DNA of 64,000 bases from NCBI GenBank assembly GCA_013204585.1, contig JABMNL010000023.1, positions 19,747 through 83,746 on the forward strand, read 5' to 3'. The notes under the pieces are model-generated. The model did not search any database. It was not told where the DNA came from and saw only the letters and a program-made list of their open reading frames with translations. Both the position numbers and the translations under genes were made by a program. Shown piece after piece: positions 26,101 to 34,100 of this stretch (positions are counted from its first letter, which is position 1; each line of letters opens with the position of its first letter). The DNA is from SAR202 cluster bacterium (GTDB lineage Bacteria; Chloroflexota; Dehalococcoidia; Lucifugimonadales; UBA3495).

Positions 26101-26625
26101 TTAGTAACCAGGCTCCCGCCACTCAAAGGCCAGGCTGGCATAGCGCACAAAGACCGCGCCGCCGGGTGCGGCCATCGGGCCGTTGGCGGCCAACAGTGCA
26201 ATTGTGTGTTGTTCGCCAGGTTGTGCCTCTTCGGCAATTTTCACACGCTGGGGAACGTTGAACCCCTGCACTGTCCCCCGGTCTCGATTGCACTCCCCGT
26301 CAATCCACAGTTCCCCATAATCGTCGATACAAGTCTCGAACTGTACGCGCACTCCGCTTACCGGGTGCCCAGCCACGCTTTCCGGGAAGGTTATCTGAGT
26401 TCGGTACCAGACGAAGGAGAAGCCGTGGGAGATCCACTTGGCCAAGTCCTCGCATACTTCCCAACCGGAGTCGTCGTAATCGGGAAGCCGCGCGGGAGAA
26501 CCTTCAAGCTGGGAGACCAGACCCTCGTTGGGCTCGCCTGGCACCAGGCCCTGGGCAAATTTCCATTGGCCTTTCACGGTAGCCAGGCCGCTACTGGTAT
26601 TTAGGTCGATTATTGCTCGTGGCAT
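26101..26625 (-). CDS. stand-alone galactose-binding-domain-like (jelly-roll) protein
   Basis: YDDSGWEVCEDL ... FVWYRTQITFPESV ... VRVQFETCIDDYGELWIDGE resembles the GH2 N-terminal sugar-binding domain pattern (DDSxW ... WYR ... L.F.g.d....vw.NG). Confidence 0.5.
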   Translation of the reverse strand: MPRAIIDLNTSSGLATVKGQWKFAQGLVPGEPNEGLVSQLEGSPARLPDYDDSGWEVCEDLAKWISHGFSFVWYRTQITFPESVAGHPVSGVRVQFETCIDDYGELWIDGECNRDRGTVQGFNVPQRVKIAEEAQPGEQHTIALLAANGPMAAPGGAVFVRYASLAFEWREPGY

Positions 26626-26669
26626 GTTCGCTCTCCCTAACTATTATTTCGAAGACTAGATACCCATGA

Positions 26670-27317
26670 CTAGATACCCACAATCTTGATGCCGGCGTGG
26701 GTCTTGTAAATACGGTTAATGTTCACCAGCATGGGCGTGATTTGCTCCACGTATTTGGCGTTGGCCAGGCTGCCGCCGTCCACACCGCGCAGGTTCTGAA
26801 TCTTATCGGCCAGGTCCATGACAACCTTCTTGGCGTCGGCGTGGTCAGAGCAGACCACCACATCCCCTTCCATGGTTACGCTGGGATTTAGAAGCTCCTC
26901 GGCGCTCACGTTCTGGAAGGCGGCCACAACCTGGGAATCGGGCAGCAGTTCCTGGGCTTCTTGGGCGGCGGAACCAGCTTCAACTTCCACCGCGCTGGCC
27001 CCCTTGCCGCGCTCGAATTTCATGGGGGCGATGACGCTAACCACGATCTTTCCTTGGAACGCTGGGCCAAGGTCTTCCAACACAGCACGCTGTCCCTCGT
27101 ACGGAAAGGCCAAAAAGATCACATCGGCTTGGAGCACCGCGCTGGGATTGTCGGTGCCCCTAATCATTGCGTTGGGTGCCAACTGGGCCAATTCCTGGGC
27201 GGCAGTGGATCCCCTAGACGCTTCGCGGGAGCCAATAATTAACTCTTCCCCGGCCAAAGCCAGCCGCAGGGCCAGTCCCTTTCCTTCCGGCCCGGTACCT
27301 CCCAAAATTGCCAGCAT
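26670..27317 (-). CDS. NADPH-dependent F420 reductase (NpdG/Fno-like)
   Basis: MLAILGGTGPEGKGLALRLALAGEELIIGSR and a length of about 215 aa match the F420:NADP oxidoreductase family pattern. Confidence 0.75.
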   Translation of the reverse strand: MLAILGGTGPEGKGLALRLALAGEELIIGSREASRGSTAAQELAQLAPNAMIRGTDNPSAVLQADVIFLAFPYEGQRAVLEDLGPAFQGKIVVSVIAPMKFERGKGASAVEVEAGSAAQEAQELLPDSQVVAAFQNVSAEELLNPSVTMEGDVVVCSDHADAKKVVMDLADKIQNLRGVDGGSLANAKYVEQITPMLVNINRIYKTHAGIKIVGI

Positions 27318-27429
27318 AGACCCTCCTGTAAGACCCGTTTGAATTGCTTCTGCCCGGAGCAGACCGGGCGTAGGCCAAGTGTGACTAGTTGTGCGGCAAT
27401 ACTATAGCCGCATCAGGATGTTGATGGAA

Positions 27430-27498
27430 GGGCAGCTATTTGCATTGGTGTATCTGTTGGATAAGGGGCAGCTATTTACACTGGTGTATCTGCTAGAT
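27430..27498. repeat. 36-bp direct repeat x2 in the divergent promoter region upstream of the copper cluster
   Basis: gggcagctatttgcattggtgtatctgttggataag / gggcagctatttacactggtgtatctgctagatgaa, 30 of 36 identical and directly abutting. Confidence 0.9.
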
Positions 27499-27551
27499 GA
27501 AGAACGGTAATTGAATTGAATAATACTGTTGAGAATTTATTCACAATAGTC

Positions 27552-27580
27552 TTGACTCACGCCTGAGCGGCAGATAAGAT
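27552..27580 (+). promoter_or_regulatory. candidate sigma-70-like promoter for the first cupredoxin gene
   Basis: TTGACT (27552-27557), a 17-nt spacer, then TAAGAT (27575-27580), about 100 nt upstream of the ATG. This is pattern match only. Confidence 0.25.
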
Positions 27581-27682
27581 TTTTTCGGCTTACTTGCCAT
27601 CGGCGGCTTATCATGGCCTGGGGTGCCAGTGATGTGCGCTGATTGATTAGCACTACAATTTAAACGACGTGGGAGGAAATGG

Positions 27683-29692
27683 ATGAAACGGCCTTTAATA
27701 CTGATATCTGCACTGGTGGCGTTGGTCTTATTGATCGCCGCATGTGGCGGAGACACAACCCCGGAACCTGCTGAATCGGCGGCAATGGAAGTAGTTGTTA
27801 CTCCCACGCCGTTGCCCGCTGCGGGCGCCCGCGAAGTGACAATTTTGGCTGGCGGAGGCGAGGACACGGTCTTGCTAAACGCCTTCTTGGCCCGCGATAT
27901 TACAGTTCGGGCCGGTGACACGGTAACCTGGAATCTCGGTCACCCTGACGAAGTACATACGGTCTCATTTCTATCGGGTGGCGCACGAATTCCGGACGTG
28001 ATTCCCGTAGAGGGTGGCGCTCCGACCGATTTGCAACTAAACCCCGCCGTAGCATTCCCGACCAGATTTCCGGGAACGCCAGTGGAATCCTACGATGGTA
28101 CTGGCATCATTAACTCTGGGATGATGTCCAATGCCCCCGGCGGCCCGGACGCACCGCCCAACAATGTGATGAGCGTGGTCATGACCACTGAGGGCACCTA
28201 CGATTACGTCTGTCTGTTGCACCCGCAAATGATCGGCACGGTGACGGTGGTTGCAGATAATGCTGCCAATGTCGAATCACAGGCAGAGATTGATGCTCGT
28301 GCCGGTGCAGAAGAAGCGGCGCTTAGGGCCCAAATTGACGGCGTCAGGGCGGCTGGTGCGATGATTCGCAGCGAAGCCGGGCCCAACGGCACCACCACCT
28401 GGCACGTTCAGGTTGGACCGGCTGGCTTCGACTCCCAGTTGGAACTGTACGAGTTCTTGGCCTCTGACTTGACCATCCAAGAGGGTGACTCGGTCGTCTT
28501 TTCCTCGGCGGCTCCCAGCATCCACACAGTTACCTTCCATCCGGGACAGCCGCAACCGGAATTTGTCATTCCAGACTTTTCCCAACCTGGCCCCCCGGTA
28601 CTCAAGGCAAACCCCCTTGGTGCGTTTCCAGTGAAACCGTCTGGGGAGTTTGACGGTACGGGCTACTGGAACTCGGGAATCATGTCGGCAGTGGGCGGCC
28701 CCGGTGGGACCGCATTCACCATGACCTTCTCCAAGGCCGGGAGCTACGACTACATCTGCGCGATCCACCAAACACTAGGGATGGAAGCCAACATCACAGT
28801 GGTGGAACGGACCACGTCTGTAGTATCCCAGCTGAATGGCATCTCGGCCCAATTCCCAGAGGGCTTGGCCCTAGCCGCCAATGGAAACCTATTGGTTGGT
28901 ATTGCTCCCACGGGCGAGATTCGGGAGTACACCGCGTCTGGAACGTCGACCTCCTATGCCAAGTTGCCCGCCCCCGGAGCGGGGTTCTTGTTAGACATGG
29001 TGTTTGACGCTGACGGTAATCTCTACGCCGCAATGTCCTCTTTTGATGAGGCCACCCACGGCGTCTGGAGGGTTCCCGCTGGCGGCGGTGATGGAGAACT
29101 GTTCGCGTCGTTACCAGTGGAGGGCTTCCCCAATGCGCTGGTTTTTGATGCCAACGGCGATCTGTTTGTGACCGACTCTATCGGTGGCGGTGTTTGGAAA
29201 ATAGACCAGCAGGGCGAGGTCTCTACCTGGGCCAGCGACCCATTGCTGGTAGGCACTCTGCCACCAGGCCCGTTGGGATTCCCCATCGGTGCCAACGGTA
29301 TCGTTTTTGACGCTGCCCAGCAGAATGTCTATGTCGCTAACACCGACAAGGCTCGCATAGTGCAAATACCGGTGAATGCCGATGGCACTGCCGGTACCGC
29401 CGTGACGTTCGTTGAGGACACCGTAAAGCTGGGTGGACCCGACGGTATGACCTTTGGCGCCGACGGCTACATTTACGTGGCAGTTGTGGGCAGCGATGCG
29501 GTGGCCAAGATTTCGCCGGACGGCGAGATTACAGTCCTTGCCCAAGGCGGACCACTGCAGAATCCCTCGGACGTCCAGTTCGGTTCGGGTGATGACAGTG
29601 GCACGCTCTATGTTGCCAACTTCGCAGTGTTCCGTTTGCTAGGACTGATGCCGGGGATGCCCAACCCCGCCATCTTCACCGTAGTGAACTAG
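27683..29692 (+). CDS. lipoprotein: two type-1-copper cupredoxin domains fused to an SMP-30/gluconolactonase/LRE-like six-bladed propeller
   Basis: GGGAGG RBS and lipobox LLIAACGG. Domain 1 has HTVSF ... YDYVCLLHPQMIGTVTVV and domain 2 has HTVTF ... YDYICAIHQTLGMEANITVV (H, C, H, M ligand sets). The C-terminal ~290 aa carry SGL-type blades (DADGNLYAA, DANGDLFVTDSIGGGVWKID, PNGIVFDAAQQNVYVANT, GPDGMTFGADGYIYVAV). Confidence 0.8.
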   Translation: MKRPLILISALVALVLLIAACGGDTTPEPAESAAMEVVVTPTPLPAAGAREVTILAGGGEDTVLLNAFLARDITVRAGDTVTWNLGHPDEVHTVSFLSGGARIPDVIPVEGGAPTDLQLNPAVAFPTRFPGTPVESYDGTGIINSGMMSNAPGGPDAPPNNVMSVVMTTEGTYDYVCLLHPQMIGTVTVVADNAANVESQAEIDARAGAEEAALRAQIDGVRAAGAMIRSEAGPNGTTTWHVQVGPAGFDSQLELYEFLASDLTIQEGDSVVFSSAAPSIHTVTFHPGQPQPEFVIPDFSQPGPPVLKANPLGAFPVKPSGEFDGTGYWNSGIMSAVGGPGGTAFTMTFSKAGSYDYICAIHQTLGMEANITVVERTTSVVSQLNGISAQFPEGLALAANGNLLVGIAPTGEIREYTASGTSTSYAKLPAPGAGFLLDMVFDADGNLYAAMSSFDEATHGVWRVPAGGGDGELFASLPVEGFPNALVFDANGDLFVTDSIGGGVWKIDQQGEVSTWASDPLLVGTLPPGPLGFPIGANGIVFDAAQQNVYVANTDKARIVQIPVNADGTAGTAVTFVEDTVKLGGPDGMTFGADGYIYVAVVGSDAVAKISPDGEITVLAQGGPLQNPSDVQFGSGDDSGTLYVANFAVFRLLGLMPGMPNPAIFTVVN

Positions 29693-29717
29693 GCACTCCA
29701 AACAACAACGGTTATTT

Positions 29718-29750
29718 AAGGTGGCCCCAAACCTTGGGGCCACCTTTTTT
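29718..29750 (+). terminator. intrinsic terminator after the first cupredoxin gene
   Basis: 11-bp stem aaggtggcccc / ggggccacctt followed by a T-run. Confidence 0.8.
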
Positions 29751-29845
29751 GTTTCCCTAAATAGACCGGTTGCCTGCGGGATATCGATACAGCGGCTTGA
29801 ATGTACGGCCTCTCAGTCATAGCCTAATAATTAATAGATCTGTTT

Positions 29846-29885
29846 CGGTCTGGATAAATCTGATTTAGTAAGGAAAATCAGACCG
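29846..29885 (+). promoter_or_regulatory. nested inverted repeats ~35 nt upstream of the second cupredoxin gene (candidate operator or leader structure)
   Basis: tctgattt (29859-29866) pairs with aaatcaga (29875-29882). cggtctg (29846-29852) pairs with cagaccg (29879-29885). The two pairings share the 3' arm and so exclude each other. Confidence 0.3.
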
Positions 29886-29916
29886 TATTTATTGAGCACT
29901 ATTTAGGAGAAACTGG

Positions 29917-31008
29917 ATGAAACGGCATTACATACTAACCGCCGTATTGGCAGGGTTATTGGGATTATTAATGGCTTGTGGAGGCTCTGAAACCGCAACC
30001 CCAGGCCCCGACGCCCAGGCCCGTGATATCAAATTGGTGGCCGGCCAAGGCCAAGACACGGTAGCCATTAATGCTTACTTTCCTTCGAAGGTAACAGTTC
30101 GGGCTGGCGACACATTAACCTGGGGTCTGGGTCATCCTGACGAGCCTCACACCATTAGCTTTCTTTCGGGTAGCCCTCGGCCTGCTGATTTGGTCGCTAT
30201 TGAGGGTGGCGCTCCTACTGACGTACAACTTACTCCCAGCACCCAATTCCCTACCCGCGCGCCAGGCGACCCGGTAGAGACCTACAACGGAACCAGTTTT
30301 ATCAGCTCTGGGTTGGTGGCCACTTTTCCCCAAGGCCCGCCGGGAACTCCGCCGTATGACACCTACAGCTTGGTCATGGGAACGCCCGGAACCTATGACT
30401 ACGTTTGCTTTCTACATCCGTCAATGAAAGGCTCCGTCACGGTCGTTCCTTCAAACGCTACCGACGTGTCATCTCAGGCAGAGATTGACTCCCAAGCCGA
30501 GGCTGAGGAAGCAGCGTTGCTGGCCGAGGTGGACCCAATCAGGGCCGGTGGCAATTTGGTTCGTTCTGAGCGGGGGCCCAACGGGACTACCATCTGGAAC
30601 GTACGAGCCGGTTCCGCCGGACGTGACAGCAGATCCGAAATCTATGAATTCCTGTCCAAAGAAATTAGTATCAAAGAAGGCGATACCGTTGTCTGGTCGG
30701 TAAAAGGTCCTAGCATCCATACGGTGACCTTTCACCCAGGCCAGGAAAAGCCGGGATTCATCACTGTCTTGCCTCAGGAAGCGGGGCCGCCGACCTTGCA
30801 GGTGCCTGCGAACGTGGCGTTCTTGGTGAAACCTTCGGGAGAGTTCGATGGCACCGGCTATTGGAACTCGGGTTTGATGGACATATTTGAGCCAGACCGA
30901 CCCACGTCATTCTCGATGACATTCACCGAGGCCGGGGTATATGATTACATCTGCGCCGTCCACGATTCATTGGGTATGAACGGTACGGTAACGGTGTTAA
31001 AACGCTAG
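29917..31008 (+). CDS. lipoprotein with two type-1-copper cupredoxin domains (paralog of 27683-29692 without the propeller)
   Basis: AGGAG RBS and lipobox LLMACGG. Ligand sets are HTISF ... YDYVCFLHPSMKGSVTVV and HTVTF ... YDYICAVHDSLGMNGTVTVL. Well over half of positions are identical to the upstream gene by eye. Confidence 0.85.
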   Translation: MKRHYILTAVLAGLLGLLMACGGSETATPGPDAQARDIKLVAGQGQDTVAINAYFPSKVTVRAGDTLTWGLGHPDEPHTISFLSGSPRPADLVAIEGGAPTDVQLTPSTQFPTRAPGDPVETYNGTSFISSGLVATFPQGPPGTPPYDTYSLVMGTPGTYDYVCFLHPSMKGSVTVVPSNATDVSSQAEIDSQAEAEEAALLAEVDPIRAGGNLVRSERGPNGTTIWNVRAGSAGRDSRSEIYEFLSKEISIKEGDTVVWSVKGPSIHTVTFHPGQEKPGFITVLPQEAGPPTLQVPANVAFLVKPSGEFDGTGYWNSGLMDIFEPDRPTSFSMTFTEAGVYDYICAVHDSLGMNGTVTVLKR

Positions 31009-31062
31009 GTTAATGTGTTCGGCGAAGCAACAAATAGGCGTATCTAACCTGATTAAATTTAG

Positions 31063-31099
31063 GCAAATGCGGCCCCCGTATTTGGGGCCGCATTTGCTT
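31063..31099 (+). terminator. intrinsic terminator after the second cupredoxin gene
   Basis: 14-bp stem gcaaatgcggcccc / ggggccgcatttgc followed by tttg. Confidence 0.75.
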
Positions 31100-31136
31100 T
31101 GTGAGTTGAAACGGTGAGGAACCGGCTTGGGAAAGC

Positions 31137-34100
31137 ATGGCACTGACCAGGACACTGCCACCTGTGAGCGTACTGGCGGTGCTGCTCACGGTTTTGTTAG
31201 CCACCCTTACTTTGGTGGTCGCCTGTGGAGCCGAATCCGGCGGACCATCTCCCGCATCATCTGAGTCCGCTTCACCGACACCCCATCCCGACGACGGCCA
31301 CGACGATGAAGCTACGCCCGGCGGTCACGCTGGAGACGAGGGTTTGGTGCTGCGTCCGCAGGCCGAAGAAAGCGTGTACGCGGCCGCCCGTTGCCCGTCC
31401 GATGCCCCGGTACGGGAATTCAACGTCGCGGCGATTAACGTAGAAATAAGCCTGAACCGTTTTCTAGACTATGACCCTCTGGGGCGCATGTACGTTCTGG
31501 AAGATGAATTATCCAGGGCGCAGGCCGAGGAAGCCCAGAACCGCGCTGCCCGTGCCGACTTGGCCGAGCCAGCGGTGTCAATTGGCCTACAGGGCGACGC
31601 TATCCAGCCGTTGACCATCAGAGTTACCCAAGGTGACTGCCTGCGCTTCAACCTCCGCAATGCCCTGAACAACGGTGAATCGGCCAGTTTCCATCTCCAC
31701 GGCTCCGGACTCCAACTGACCAGCAATGGCACAGCCGCGGTGGCATCTAATTCCGCATCGGTGGCCAAATCTGGCGAAACTGTGGGCTACGAATGGATGG
31801 TGCCCCGAGACCAACCCGAGGGCACCCACTACTTCCACAGTCACGGCGACACCAGAGAGCAGACCGCTCACGGGCTATTTGGCGCGGTAATAGTGGAGCC
31901 GCATGGAGCCGAGTTCTTGAACCCCAGCAACGGTCAAGAACTGCGCAGCGGCTGGGCGGCCGTCATCCGAAACCCGGACGGTAGCGACTTCCGCGAGTTC
32001 GCCATCTATTACCATGAGATTGGCAACGAAGCATTCACCATCGAGAACAAGTTGGGCAGCACTGGGTTTAGCTTGGCCGGTGGGCGGGCAGTGCCTTTCG
32101 TGGACGAATTCACCGGCGCCTACAAGCCCGGTGGACGGGCCATCAACTATCGTAGTGAACCCTTCATGAATCGTATGGAGCTTCAGTTCAACGAAACCGG
32201 AGTGTTCGACCCGGCACTGGCCTATAGCTCCTACACCTTCGGCGACCCCGCCACGCCGATCGCTCGTACCTACCTGGGAGACCCCGTAAAGCAGCGGGTA
32301 ATTCACGGTGGCTCCGAGGTCTTTCACGTGCACCACGTCCACGGCGGTGCGACCAGGTGGCGCAGGCAGCCTGCTGCAGAGCCAACGTCATTCGATAGTG
32401 GTTTTGATAAGAACCCAGACCTAGTGCCTCAGACCACCGCCCGGACCGACTCCCAGACAGTGGGGCCGTCTGAGTCCTTTGACCTGGAACATGAGTGCGG
32501 CAGCGGCGGTTGTCAGGAGAGTGTTGGCGACTTCTTGGTCCACTGCCATGTGGCCCAGCACTATGTAGCTGGCATGTGGATGATCTGGCGAGTACAAAAC
32601 ACGCTACAAACCGACCTAATTTCATTGGATGGACTGTCTAGCCTCGCCGAACTGCCGGATCGTAATGGTTCGATCAAGCCCGCCGTCACCTCTGAACAGT
32701 TGCTTGGCACCACCGTGGACTGGAAAGGCCTGACCTTTCAGATTGACGAAACAAACTTGGGTGAATGGGTCGAGCGTCAGCTCCCACCCCAGGGCATTCC
32801 CCAGAAATTGGATGCCTCTGTTTTGAACTGGGCCAAAGATGGATATTTATACCTGAACGAACCCAACACGACCAAAAAATGGCCGGGTTATGACCCGCCC
32901 AATCCCGGTGTGCGCCCGCCGCTATACTTCGACCCGGCCACCGGAAAATTGGCCTACCCGTTCTTGCGGCCCCATTTGGGGCGGCGTCCTCCCTTTGCGC
33001 CGAATCACGGGCCCGCTCCGTTCCTAGAACCAATCCGCCAGGGCACTAATACCCCACGCCCTGGAGAGAACGGGCCGGGAAGCCTTTGTCCCAACGGGGC
33101 AACAGCACGGGAGTTTGCCATCCATGCCATCGAATTGCCCATTACTTTGAATCAGCAGGCTAACTTGGTGGACCCGGTTGGACAGCTATACGTGTTGAAA
33201 GAAGAAGAGGACGCTGTCCGGGCCGATAACGCCCGCAAGCAGCCCTTGGCCATCCGGGCCAATGCCGGCGAGGACTGCGTGGACGTGGTGCTTAAGAGCG
33301 AGTTGCGTGACACCGGAGAGAACCACTTCTACAGCAAGACCAACCTGCACATCCATTTCGTCCAGTTCGACATCCAGGGCAGTGACGGTGTGGATACCGG
33401 ATTTAACTACGAAACATCGGTGCGCCCGTTTAAAGTCGAGGGCGAAGAATTGGTTGAGCCCGCATTGGCGGGCGCTTCGTCGGTGGAGTTGCGCAGCGCG
33501 CGACGGTTCCAGTCTGGTGCATTGGTTGGCGTGGGAATGGACCAAGACGAGAGTTTTGAAATCCGCCGTATTAGCTCGGTGGCAGGGAACATCGTTTCAT
33601 TCGACGAGCCTCTCGAGTTCGCGCATAGTAAAAAAGAAATAGTGAGCACTGAGTTCGTGCGCTATCGCTGGTATCCCGACGTCCAGTTCGGCACCGCCTA
33701 TTTCCACGACCACGTCAGCGCATTAACCTCATGGCGTCACGGGCTATTCGGCGCGCTAATCTCAGAGCCGCCCGGTTCGACCTACCACGACCCAAAAACC
33801 GGAGAGGAAGTGCGCAGCGGCCCCAGAGTGGATGTGCGCACCGAAGCGGTATTGTCCGACGATATTGAAGGCAGTTTCCGGGAACAGGTGTTGTTCATCC
33901 AGGATGACAACCCTCTGACCAACGTCGGCCTCTCCAGCGGCAGCTCCATGAACCTGCGAGTAGAACCCTTGGACCAACGCGGCGGCGACCCGTCTTTGCT
34001 GTTTAGCAGCGAAGAGCATGGCGACCCGGAGACACCGCTTTTGGAAGCCAACCTGGGCGATCCAATCGTAATTCGGGGCCTAGTGGCTGCTGCCAATGAC

